Shown: piece by piece, positions 49,675-58,568 of the stretch | How positions within the stretch are numbered: the first letter of the stretch is position 1 | How the letters are laid out: each line of letters starts with the position of its first letter | Assembly: GCA_043757025.1 (NCBI GenBank) | Contig: JAYVQG010000171.1 | Location: forward strand, 1,833-65,832 | DNA: 64,000 nucleotides | Origin: Limnoglobus sp. | Lineage (GTDB): Bacteria > Planctomycetota > Planctomycetia > Gemmatales > Gemmataceae | Direction: 5' to 3' | Notes under the pieces: model-generated | Told to the model about the DNA's origin: nothing | Database searches by the model: none | What the model saw: only the letters and a program-made list of their open reading frames with translations | Translations under genes and position numbers: made by a program

Positions 49675-50600
49675 CTCACAGAACGCAGGAACAACTCTTC
49701 TAACGTCTCGTCGTCGCGGAGTAGTGCGCGGATCGCGACTTCGGAGAGGTCGGCCATCTTGTAGAAATTCAAGTTCGACCAACCGGGCGGCACGGTCACG
49801 CGCCATTCGCCGTGGCCGTTGTCGGCGAGAATACTGACGCCTTCGCCTTCGAGTTCCGTGCGGAAACGGGCACCATCGCCCAAAATGCGAATCCGGAAGC
49901 GGTCGTTCCGCACCGCACACAGTTCTGCCACCGTGCCCTGCCCTCGCAACCGCCCGCCCGCCATTATCACCACCCGTTCGCACACCGCTTGCACGTCGGC
50001 AAGCAAGTGCGTGGATAAGATAATCGACTTGCCATGTTCCGCGCCGAGTTCGCGAATGAGCTTCAGCATCGCGTCGCGGCCGGCCGGGTCGAGGCCGCTC
50101 GTCGGTTCATCTAAAAGCAACAATGGCGGGTCGTGGATGAGTGCCTGCGCGAGTTTCACGCGTTGTTTCATGCCTGCGGAATAGTCTTCGACGCGGCGGT
50201 AACGGGCTTCTTCGAGTTGCAAGTAACTCAGCACTTCATGCGCACGGCGTTGGGCGTGGCGACGCGGCATCCCGCACAGTTCCCCGGCGAAACTGACGAA
50301 CTCGATCCCGGTGAGGCCCGGTACGAGTGCCTCGGCTTCGGGCATGAAACCGATCTGCCGACGAAGTTGCCAGTTGTTTGCGGCGTCGCGGTCGCCACCG
50401 AGCGATTGATCGAGTACGCGACCGGTGCCACTCGTCGGCGCGATCAGCCCCATGAAGATCTTCAGCAGCGTCGATTTGCCCGCACCGTTCGGGCCGAGCA
50501 AGCCAATGCGGCCGTGCGGGAGTGACAACGTGAGATCGCGAATGGCCGGGAAGCCGCCGAACTCGCAACGCAGATTTTGTACTTCAATTAGCGGTTGCAT
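49671..50600 (-). CDS. ABC transporter ATP-binding protein
   Basis: GPNGAGKST, YSAGMKQR, LLLDEPT, H-loop; start placed at ATG 50600. Confidence 0.93.
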   Translation of the reverse strand: MQPLIEVQNLRCEFGGFPAIRDLTLSLPHGRIGLLGPNGAGKSTLLKIFMGLIAPTSGTGRVLDQSLGGDRDAANNWQLRRQIGFMPEAEALVPGLTGIEFVSFAGELCGMPRRHAQRRAHEVLSYLQLEEARYRRVEDYSAGMKQRVKLAQALIHDPPLLLLDEPTSGLDPAGRDAMLKLIRELGAEHGKSIILSTHLLADVQAVCERVVIMAGGRLRGQGTVAELCAVRNDRFRIRILGDGARFRTELEGEGVSILADNGHGEWRVTVPPGWSNLNFYKMADLSEVAIRALLRDDETLEELFLRSVS

Positions 50601-50620
50601 CCGTGCCTTGGCTTGCAGAA

Positions 50621-51802
50621 TCAGGTGGTGTAGTCGGCGTTCAGCTTGACGTATTCTTCGGTGAGGTCGCAAGTGTAAAACGTGCAGGCCGCCGTGCCGA
50701 GCGTGAAGCGGAGGTCGATGGTGATGTCGCGATTCGCCTTCAAGTAGCCCGAGACAGCCACCGCGTCGAACGGCAACGGCCGCCCTCGCTCGTAAAGCGA
50801 GAATGGCCCGATGTGCAGGTATGCGACATCGGATTCCTCGAACGGCACCCCAGCGTAACCGGCGGCGGAAACGATTCGCCCCCAGTTCGGGTCGGCACCG
50901 TAAATCGCGGTCTTCACCAGCGCACTTTCCGCAATCGCCTTGGCTATCGTTCGCGCTTCGGTGAAACTGCGGCAACCATCGACTTGCAGTTTGATGAGGT
51001 GATTCGCGCCCTCGGCATCGGCGGCAATTTGCTGCGACAACGATTCGCACGCGGATGTGACCGCATCGCCGAACTCGGCGAGCGTTGCCCCACTGAGCGG
51101 TGGCCCCGTGCCATTTGCCAGCAGAAAGACCGTGTCGTTCGTGCTCGTGTGCCCTTCGACCGAGATGCAATTGAAGGTCGTTTGCACCGATTTCGTCAGG
51201 ATTTCGTGGAGGTCTTTCGGATCGACCGCGACATCGGTGAACAGGAAACCGAGCATCGTCGCCATGTTCGGGCCGATCATCGCGGCCCCCTTCGCGAAGC
51301 CGGTCAGCGTACGGTCGCCGATCTCCCGCGTCACGGTTTTGATTTTGGTATCGGTCGTCAGTATCGCTTGGGCAGCGAAAAAGAAACCATCGATACCGGG
51401 CCGTGCAGCGGCCACCGCCTTCAGTATCCCCGCTTCGAGAATCGGCATCGGCAACAGTCGCCCGATCACTCCCGTCGACGCGACGAGCACCTGTTGCGGC
51501 GAACACCCGACACCGATGGCGGTCAGCTCGGCCATCCGTTCGGCATCGGCCATGCCTTGTTCGCCGGTGCAGGCATTCGCGTTCCCGGAGCAAACCACAA
51601 TCGCTCGCGCATCGCTACGCGGCAAACGCGCGCGGCTGATGTGGACGGGAGCCGCACAGACGCGGTTCTGCGTGAACACCCCCGCCGCCGCCGCCGGCGT
51701 GTCGCTGATAATCACGGCCAGATCGCGCCGGTTCGGCTCCGTGCGCAAACCGGAAACGACACCCGCATAACGATAGTTCCGAGGTAGCTGCCATTCGCTC
51801 AT
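50621..51802 (-). CDS. argJ: Bifunctional ornithine acetyltransferase / N-acetylglutamate synthase
   Basis: GVFTQN, GNANACTG, STGVIG, KGAAMIGPNMATML, TSTND, DPNWGRI, INA-like NADYTT end. Confidence 0.97.
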   Translation of the reverse strand: MSEWQLPRNYRYAGVVSGLRTEPNRRDLAVIISDTPAAAAGVFTQNRVCAAPVHISRARLPRSDARAIVVCSGNANACTGEQGMADAERMAELTAIGVGCSPQQVLVASTGVIGRLLPMPILEAGILKAVAAARPGIDGFFFAAQAILTTDTKIKTVTREIGDRTLTGFAKGAAMIGPNMATMLGFLFTDVAVDPKDLHEILTKSVQTTFNCISVEGHTSTNDTVFLLANGTGPPLSGATLAEFGDAVTSACESLSQQIAADAEGANHLIKLQVDGCRSFTEARTIAKAIAESALVKTAIYGADPNWGRIVSAAGYAGVPFEESDVAYLHIGPFSLYERGRPLPFDAVAVSGYLKANRDITIDLRFTLGTAACTFYTCDLTEEYVKLNADYTT

Positions 51803-51874
51803 TTGCACATCGTATCAATCGCCGAAGACGGAGCCAGTTTCCACGCGACGTTTCGCCGCAACCAGGACACCCCG

Positions 51875-53701
51875 TTATGGTATCGGCACCATTTTCGTGA
51901 ATGGCGGCACGAACGCTTGCAGTGCCGTGAGCGCGCCGACGACGCAGGCGAGGAAGATGCTGTGCCAGATGACGGCACGGAAGATGTCGGCTTCTTTGCC
52001 GATCTGATTCGTGCCGGCCGTCGCGACGCAGATGCTCTGGGCGTCGATCATTTTCCCCATCACGCCACCGGTGCTGTTCGCGTTGCAGATGAGTACCTCG
52101 GCTTGCGGCAACGTGAGATCCGTAAGTACGCCGGTCTTGTACACTTCGCCGGCGGTGATCTTTTGCAAGCTGCCGAACAAGGCATTGCTTCCCGCGTCGG
52201 TGCCCGTGAGGAAGACGCCGAGCCAGCCGAGGATCGCCGCGAAGAACGGGTAAAGTACGCCGGTTTCGGCGAACGCGACACCGAGCGTGGCGTCGATCCC
52301 CGCGTATTTCGTCACGTAGCTCAGGCCGAGCATACACGCGATTGTCGGGATCGGGATTTTCATCTGCACGATCGTTTTGCGGAAGACTTTCTTCATCATC
52401 GGCAGGCTCGCGCCGAGCAGCACTGCGGAGAACATCGTGGCAATGAACACGGGCGTACCGGGGGCGGTCACCCACGGGAATTTGAAGATCGCTTCTTCGC
52501 GTTTCTCATCGTCGGTCGCATTGAGCTTTTGCAGCCGTTTCGCCCGTTCGACTTCTTTGTGCAACGTCGGCACGCTCTCCGAGTACGTCGTTTTCACACC
52601 TGCGAAAGCGAGCGGCCCCTTGCTGCCGTCCGCCTTCGGCCACGTTTCCATCGTGCGGATCGTCCCGGCAATCGCGAGGCAAAGCGACATCAGCAAGAAC
52701 GGCGACCACGCCTTCGCCACGATCCACGCGGTCAGAGGCTTCTCGGTGCCGTGTGCTTTCAGGTCGTCGGAGAAGTCGATATCGGCGTGTTGGCAGGCAA
52801 CCGGAGCTTTGCCAGAAGGCTTAGCCACCTCGGCGGGGAACTTCCATTCGTCCTTCGGTTTCCAGATGAATCGCAAAAACAGCGCGAGCGTAATCAGCGA
52901 GAACAGCCCGCCGCCGATGTCCGTGAGCGGCCAGACGACGAGGCCGGGAATCCAGACGTGCATCGTCGCGAAGAAATATTGGAAGATCGCGAACGAGCCA
53001 CCGCCGACGGCGAGCGCGGGCCAAACATCGCGCGTCTGCTTCCAGGTACACATGCACTTCACCATGTACAGCGGGATGATGCACGACAGGATCGGCAGTT
53101 GGTGCCCCGCCATCACGCTGAGCGTATCGGGATTGATGCCGGTCACTTGCCCGAGCGTCAGCGTCGGCACGCCGAGGCCACCGTAACAAACCGGCGAGGT
53201 GTTCGCGATCAGGCAAATCACTGCCGCACGCAACGGCGGAAGGCCGAGGCCGACGAGCATTGCGCCGCAGATCGCCACCGGCGAACCGGCCCCCGCTGCG
53301 CCTTCCATGAACGCGCCGAAGCAGAAGCCGATCAGGATCGCCTGCACGCGGGCATCGCCGCTCAGCCCCGCAATCGATCGGCGAATGATGTCGAATTGCC
53401 CCGTTTCCACGGTGAGATTGTAAAGCAGCATCGCGGCAAACACCGTCCAACCGATCGGCAGCAGCCCGAAGATCGCACCGTGAACGAACGACCACGACGC
53501 CATCTGAACGGGCATGCCGTAAACGAGCCACGCGATCAGGACGGCCACGATCGCCCCGACCGCACCGGCCCCGCTCGCGACCCAACGCCGCCCCACGAGC
53601 AGGTAAAACAGCACGAGCACCGGCAGCGCCGCCACAACCGTGGATGCAAAGCGATGGCCGAGCGGATCGAGATCTTGCGTATACGTGGCAGCGAACAGCA
53701 T
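51875..53701 (-). CDS. lctP: L-lactate permease family transporter
   Basis: FGAFMEGAAGAG, ANTSPVCYGGLG, GVFLTGTDAGSNALFG, GGVMGKMI; start placed at ATG 53701. Confidence 0.92.
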   Translation of the reverse strand: MLFAATYTQDLDPLGHRFASTVVAALPVLVLFYLLVGRRWVASGAGAVGAIVAVLIAWLVYGMPVQMASWSFVHGAIFGLLPIGWTVFAAMLLYNLTVETGQFDIIRRSIAGLSGDARVQAILIGFCFGAFMEGAAGAGSPVAICGAMLVGLGLPPLRAAVICLIANTSPVCYGGLGVPTLTLGQVTGINPDTLSVMAGHQLPILSCIIPLYMVKCMCTWKQTRDVWPALAVGGGSFAIFQYFFATMHVWIPGLVVWPLTDIGGGLFSLITLALFLRFIWKPKDEWKFPAEVAKPSGKAPVACQHADIDFSDDLKAHGTEKPLTAWIVAKAWSPFLLMSLCLAIAGTIRTMETWPKADGSKGPLAFAGVKTTYSESVPTLHKEVERAKRLQKLNATDDEKREEAIFKFPWVTAPGTPVFIATMFSAVLLGASLPMMKKVFRKTIVQMKIPIPTIACMLGLSYVTKYAGIDATLGVAFAETGVLYPFFAAILGWLGVFLTGTDAGSNALFGSLQKITAGEVYKTGVLTDLTLPQAEVLICNANSTGGVMGKMIDAQSICVATAGTNQIGKEADIFRAVIWHSIFLACVVGALTALQAFVPPFTKMVPIP

Positions 53702-53989
53702 GATGGGGAGAACCTGCAACACCGGGGAGGGAGGAATTGAGATGCTACCAACCCCTACCCCAGACGCAAGCAGATAGTGCCGGAAGTACAAAATCGCGTC
53801 GCCAGAATCGACGTAAGTCAGAATTGTCGAGCGACCAAAACTGTTTTTTGGGGTGTTTTTTTCGGTTTTTGGGGGCCAAAAAGGCCGCTTTTCGATCGTC
53901 TTTCGCTGTTCCGTATTCCGTATATCGAACTCTTGTCGAGGGTTGTGTCGAACGGGGTCGATTCGACAACCGGCGCAAGTCGCAACAGT

Positions 53990-54074
53990 AAATCGACCGA
54001 CCACGACACAAAATCGACCGACCACGACATTCTCACGACACTTGGAGACACTTTCACGACACTTGGAGACACTT
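53990..54074. repeat. Two adjacent 21-bp-period tandem duplications
   Basis: AAATCGACCGACCACGACA at 53990 and 54011; TCACGACACTTGGAGACACTT at 54033 and 54054. Confidence 0.85.
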
Positions 54075-54274
54075 CTGCGCACGACGTAAAAGTCGACTTA
54101 CGTCGGATCGCCTCGGATTGTTTGACTGCGGGAAATCGTGTGGGTGATGCCGTACATCGCACTTTGCACACGCCGAAATTATTGCCATCGGGCCACATTT
54201 TTCTTGCGGTATTTTCATTTGCTTCTTACGATACGTTGAATTGACCGATTCCCATTCGACAGGTGGTCCGCCCG

Positions 54275-54625
54275 ATGCCATCGCCAGATGCAATGCTCCC
54301 ACTGATCGCAGACATCGGCAAGTGCCAGACGCTCAACCAGTTGATTCGCACTCTGCTGATGTATTGTCGGGATAATCGCGATGTTTACCGCAATTGGAAC
54401 TTGTCGCACACGAATGCCACGATCGTGCGAGGATGGGAACAACTCGCCTTCGAACTCGCCAGAGGCTTACAGAGTTCACTATTCGACGAAGACACGGCGA
54501 AAGTGCAAAAGTTTTTTTTCGACAACGGTTCGTTTTGGTCGGATCGGCAAATACTCAAAATGAATGTCGAAGCGACGCCTCTGGTCGTACCATCGCGCGC
54601 TCGTGTCGGCGATCGGAAGCCATAA
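54275..54625 (+). CDS. Hypothetical helical protein (possibly the frameshifted N-terminus of the next gene)
   Basis: Protein-like ORF overlapping the next ORF by 62 nt. Confidence 0.5.
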   Translation: MPSPDAMLPLIADIGKCQTLNQLIRTLLMYCRDNRDVYRNWNLSHTNATIVRGWEQLAFELARGLQSSLFDEDTAKVQKFFFDNGSFWSDRQILKMNVEATPLVVPSRARVGDRKP

Positions 54626-55709
54626 TGAGTTATTGCAAAAAGCGATTTTGCAAGATTCGCTCGCGGTCGGAGGCGTTTGTGCCTCTGTCGCACCGGACCA
54701 GTTATTCCCCGTCATCCGACCAACACTCGCGCAGATGAAACGCTGGTATGGCGTAACGGATGCGCAATCGTTGGCGACGAACCCTGAGAGCCTGATCCCT
54801 CCAATCGATTCCTTGCCTTCATTCGGACTCGCACCTCCTCAGAATCACGATGGACCTCGAATCGAAATCCATCTCGCTCACCGCGCCGCAAACGCTCCAT
54901 TCCATAATGAATGTCCGTTGAAATTTGGCGTAGGCATATTGAACGCAGTGTCCGCCGAACTCGGTGTGCCCGTGCCGTGTTCTCCACCTCACGACGAAGA
55001 CACGTTCTTCGGGATCGGCCCCGTCGATACTGATGTGCAAATCGCGAGGATGCGGGAAATCTTTCAGAAAGCCGTGGCAGAAAACGTCGATGTGTTGGTC
55101 TTTCCCGAGTTGTGTACGAATCGCGAAATTGCCAATCAGCTCATGAACGAGTTTTCGGCGTCGTCGGGTTCCATGACCGTGTTTGTCGCGGGCAGTTACC
55201 ATTGCTTAGAAAAGCGAAAGAACATCGCAGTCGGTCGCGTTCGCGACGGGCGAAACGATTTGCGACACGAAAAGATGGAGCGATACATCTTGAAAGGGAA
55301 AAACTGGAGCGGCGACAGAGATCTCGAAGAAGGTATCAATCTGGGTCCGAGCGTCTGCGTCTATCAATGGAAGAACTGGAGTGCTACCATTCTCATTTGT
55401 ATTGATGCGATATCGATACGCATCCAGTCGACCATTTCGACCGCGCGACCCCATATGATTTTGTTGCCCGCGTACACGGGAAGGACATCCGACTTCGTTC
55501 GGTTTGCGGACATTATGGTCGGTATCCAGGCTGCAACTGTAATGGGAAACGGACCGATACCGAACCGAGGCGCAGTGGGTGTTTTTGCCGTTCCGGTATT
55601 GGACGAAAACGGGCGCAACTGCATCGTGGAAGCAACGATTTCCCAAACCGCTCCGATACCGCAACTCTGCGTTTTCGACGGAGCGACTCAACAATGTCGT
55701 TTCGTCTAG
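54564..55709 (+). CDS. Divergent carbon-nitrogen hydrolase (nitrilase-fold) protein with unknown N-terminal region
   Basis: Triad contexts VDVLVFPEL (Glu), HEK (Lys) and ILICID (Cys); also VAGS and MILLPA. Confidence 0.8.
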   Translation: MSKRRLWSYHRALVSAIGSHNELLQKAILQDSLAVGGVCASVAPDQLFPVIRPTLAQMKRWYGVTDAQSLATNPESLIPPIDSLPSFGLAPPQNHDGPRIEIHLAHRAANAPFHNECPLKFGVGILNAVSAELGVPVPCSPPHDEDTFFGIGPVDTDVQIARMREIFQKAVAENVDVLVFPELCTNREIANQLMNEFSASSGSMTVFVAGSYHCLEKRKNIAVGRVRDGRNDLRHEKMERYILKGKNWSGDRDLEEGINLGPSVCVYQWKNWSATILICIDAISIRIQSTISTARPHMILLPAYTGRTSDFVRFADIMVGIQAATVMGNGPIPNRGAVGVFAVPVLDENGRNCIVEATISQTAPIPQLCVFDGATQQCRFV

Positions 55710-55773
55710 CCCAGTTGCGATTTCGTTGCGGATTGGACGAGTTGAGCTTGTCGTTCCGCGATAATTTTGGCAA

Positions 55774-55847
55774 AAAGAGCAAAGTCGTTGCGAACTAGTT
55801 GACGATGCCAATTGGTATAATAAATTACTTTCGTCCGAAAGAGCAAA
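55774..55847 (+). promoter_or_regulatory. Extended -10 promoter candidate flanked by a 10-bp direct repeat
   Basis: TGGTATAAT at 55813-55821; AAAGAGCAAA at 55774-55783 and 55838-55847; GAGGAG RBS. Confidence 0.5.
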
Positions 55848-55857
55848 AAGAGGAGCT

Positions 55858-56574
55858 ATGATGGCTGGTTTGGATCGAATCAAAATGGGAATCGACCGTG
55901 CGATTCGTAATCCTTCGGATATGGATGTTGTCCATTCCCTTGCCGGGGATCTCGCTTCAACGATCACTCGGTGCGAACCGGAAATGCTCGCACATTTCGG
56001 CGCGGTTAGTACACATGCGATCGATAGTCTTCCCGTCGTGAACGATGACAATGCGAGCGTCTACCTTCGCGGCATACTGACCGGGCTGCGATTAGTCGCG
56101 GTAGGGGTCGAAGGGAAATCCCGCATTCAGGCCGAATCTGCCAGCATTCGCAACTTGGCCAGATCGGCTCCTTATGCGGATATCCTCTCGAAACTCGTGC
56201 TCGCGCCGATGATGCAAAACGAGATTGCAACGGCGATCGGGAAGGACAAGTCCGTGGTGACCCGCGCGATGCGCGAACTCGTTTTACGCGATCTGGTCGC
56301 AGAACTCCCGCAGACGGTGGATGCCGACAAACGGAAAAAGTTTTTCCGTTTGACCTTCACTGGTGAGCGACTGATCCGGAGGACGAGTTTACCACGAGTT
56401 GAGAAAGCGGCCACAGGACCGATCGGTTACGTCGAACCAAAAATAGCCAGAAAAAGCGACGAAATCGTGACGCGATTGCCTGCCGGTTTGCCAGCAGGCA
56501 AACGACAACGATCCAATCGCATTTCGGAATCGGGTACTTCGAATCGCAATTACACCAAACCGGCAGGGGTGTGA
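55858..56574 (+). CDS. MarR-like winged-helix protein with an unknown helical N-terminal domain
   Basis: MMQNEIATAIGKDKSVVTRAMRELVLRDLV...DKRKKFFRLTFTG. Confidence 0.8.
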   Translation: MMAGLDRIKMGIDRAIRNPSDMDVVHSLAGDLASTITRCEPEMLAHFGAVSTHAIDSLPVVNDDNASVYLRGILTGLRLVAVGVEGKSRIQAESASIRNLARSAPYADILSKLVLAPMMQNEIATAIGKDKSVVTRAMRELVLRDLVAELPQTVDADKRKKFFRLTFTGERLIRRTSLPRVEKAATGPIGYVEPKIARKSDEIVTRLPAGLPAGKRQRSNRISESGTSNRNYTKPAGV

Positions 56575-56577
56575 GTC

Positions 56578-57285
56578 GTGGATACGATCATTCTGGAAAC
56601 CGCCACCACGCGAGTTTATCCGCGCGACTGGATTCCCCTCCGCCAAATTACCGGGAATACCTTTCTCGATATCGTGCGAGAGCATTTCGATTTTGAAGAT
56701 GCGAGCGTTGTCGCAGACGAAAGTGAAGGCCGGGCGGCCCTCTTTCGAGGTCGAGCATTGGAAGAATCTAACGGACGATTTTCGCGGATTCTCGAACTGC
56801 GAATTGAAGAATGTCGCGTACACGTCAAATGCATTGACGTCGAGCAAGGGCACAATGTCATCGATGAGTTTCTGATCGAGTTCGGCAGTCGGGTGGCAGA
56901 CCATCTCGGTCGACCGACCGATTGGGCCGCTGAATACGAACACGAAGCGACCGAAACGAGTTGGGTCGGGAAACTGAACATCGATCCGCTTTCCCTAGTC
57001 GATCCTCGCGTCCGAGCGGCCATGCAATCTGTCGAGGACGCTTCAAAGAATCTCCAGCGAAATGCGTATCTTTCGCTTGAGGAGTTCAGCTTTCGGATCG
57101 TGTATCACATCTCGGATCGCGATTTGCTCGAATCGCAGATCTATTTCGTAGACAAAGAATTTCGCCTCGAGCCGCGCATGGGCGTGTCGCCGAAGGCGCG
57201 CCAGTGGTATTCGGTTAGCCCGTTGCGGTCCGACCAGCACCTTCAGATATTGAAAACCCTCGAAGCCGATTTCGCGAAAAAATAA
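56578..57285 (+). CDS. Hypothetical protein
   Basis: GTG start 3 nt after the upstream stop; 235 aa; C-terminal FRLEPRMG...YSVSPLRSDQHL. Confidence 0.75.
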   Translation: MDTIILETATTRVYPRDWIPLRQITGNTFLDIVREHFDFEDASVVADESEGRAALFRGRALEESNGRFSRILELRIEECRVHVKCIDVEQGHNVIDEFLIEFGSRVADHLGRPTDWAAEYEHEATETSWVGKLNIDPLSLVDPRVRAAMQSVEDASKNLQRNAYLSLEEFSFRIVYHISDRDLLESQIYFVDKEFRLEPRMGVSPKARQWYSVSPLRSDQHLQILKTLEADFAKK

Positions 57286-57527
57286 CGCTGCGCGACCCGC
57301 TGGTTGCAGCGAATCGAATCGGCACGCTACAGTCTGTACCGATGCGATGGAAAATGATTCTTGCGGCATCGCTATCCACTCGCGGAGCGAGAGGGCTACG
57401 TCAGAAGTCTCACGACTTCCGCTACGAATACGCGAGATATACTCCTCGCGGTCGGAAATGAAACGTTTCCAGCGCACAATCGATTCCCGTTAGCCCACTT
57501 GAAGTATAGCGCCGATGTGGAAATCCT

Positions 57528-58160
57528 TCACGGCGTTGCCGGCCAGAGACCCAGACGTGCGGTGGCGATGGATGTCGTTCGTTGCAATCGGAGTAATTCC
57601 GCGATGAGGCGGGGGCGCTTTCCCATCGCGAGTAGCAGTTGGCCGATGCGGACGTGGCCGTCGGGGGCGATTCGTTCCAGTTCGGTAGGCAGGCTTTCGC
57701 TGGCGGTGTCGCCGATCGCTTTGATGGCCGCGAAGGGGATGCCGCGTTCGGCGCAGATCGCGGCGATGCTGGCGGCCTCCATATCGACGATGTCGGCGGC
57801 GTGTTCGACGTGCAATCTGCGTTTTTCTTCGACCGACGATACGATGCGATTCACCGAGAGCAAACGGCCGGTGGCAGGCAACGCAAGCGGCTCGCACTTC
57901 CATAACTGACGATCTGCTGTCACCACTTCGCACGGCACGATGATGTCGCCGACGTTCGAGCCATCGCGCAGGCCACCGCAGATGCCTACGGAAACAATCA
58001 ACGATGGCGGGGGCGAGTCACGCAGCAAGCGTTCGGTGTTCGTGCGGGCCGCATCCGGCCCCATGCCGATGACTGCGATGCGAACGTCGGCACGGCGAAT
58101 GCTGCGCGTTTCCCGCTTTAATGCGAACAGATACCAGACTGGTGAAAGGCTTACGTCCAA
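57528..58160 (-). CDS. hpnG: Nucleoside phosphorylase family protein, hopanoid-associated (HpnG-like)
   Basis: GMGP, SVGICGGL...GDII, VDMEAASIA, AIKAIGD; follows hpnH. Start uncertain (TTG 58160 or GTG 58166). Confidence 0.75.
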   Translation of the reverse strand: MDVSLSPVWYLFALKRETRSIRRADVRIAVIGMGPDAARTNTERLLRDSPPPSLIVSVGICGGLRDGSNVGDIIVPCEVVTADRQLWKCEPLALPATGRLLSVNRIVSSVEEKRRLHVEHAADIVDMEAASIAAICAERGIPFAAIKAIGDTASESLPTELERIAPDGHVRIGQLLLAMGKRPRLIAELLRLQRTTSIATARLGLWPATP

Positions 58161-58178
58161 TGGCACTTTCTTTCTTAT

Positions 58179-58562
58179 GTAGCTGGCCTCTATGAGGCCG
58201 GTGGGGATGCAAACTCTCCATGATTCCAAGGCGGAAAACTCTTAATTCTGGTAGCCGCAGGTCTTTAGCCTGCGTTTGCCACGAGCAATCGCTGAGGGTC
58301 GTGGTGAGTCTGCGAAACACGACGGTTCGTGCGCCCGGAATGAACGCTGTGGCTTATTGCGTCGCGTCTCGAAGACTCGCCACGACTGGTTTTTTGGGGT
58401 GGAATCCCCCGCGCAGGCCAAAGACCTGCGGCTACCAGAATAAGACAAGAATTGATACGTCGTGCCGTCTGATATTCTGCCGCGTGAGGTTTAGAAAAGC
58501 ATCCGGGGTCACAGACCCCGGCTACAAAGCATCCGGGGTCACAGACCCCAGCTACAAAGCAT
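58179..58562. repeat. Nested REP cluster between hpnH and hpnG
   Basis: GTAGCTGGCCTCTATGAGGCCGG (58179-58201); inner inverted pair GTAGCCGCAGGTCTTTAGCCTGCG (58251-58274) and its near reverse complement (58412-58435); two tandem 30-bp units each carrying CCGGGGTCACAGACCCCRGCTAC (58503, 58533). Confidence 0.9.
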
Positions 58563-58568
58563 TAAGGC

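Noticed and set aside
50601-51593. 330-aa N-terminal extension of the ABC ATPase ORF
   Set aside because: Alternative frame overlapping argJ; the ATPase domain starts at MQPLIEV (50600).
51803-53740. 645-aa plus-strand ORF
   Set aside because: Antisense shadow of lctP.
53990-54074. 21-bp repeats as a mini-CRISPR or as part of a real gene (53777-54244 + or 53818-54198 -)
   Set aside because: No spacers. The frames stay open because the period is a multiple of 3, and the translations have no protein-like features.
54512-54519. T8 run as a phase-variation switch joining the two island ORFs
   Set aside because: The nitrilase frame has a TGA at 54561-54563 downstream of the run, so slippage here cannot fuse them.
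57043-57477. 144-aa minus-strand ORF after hpnG
   Set aside because: Overlaps the convergent 56578-57285 gene by over 240 nt and has no recognisable motif.
58496-58562. 30-bp tandem repeat as a CRISPR array
   Set aside because: Units are contiguous with no unique spacers, there are no cas genes, and the unit is the REP seen elsewhere.
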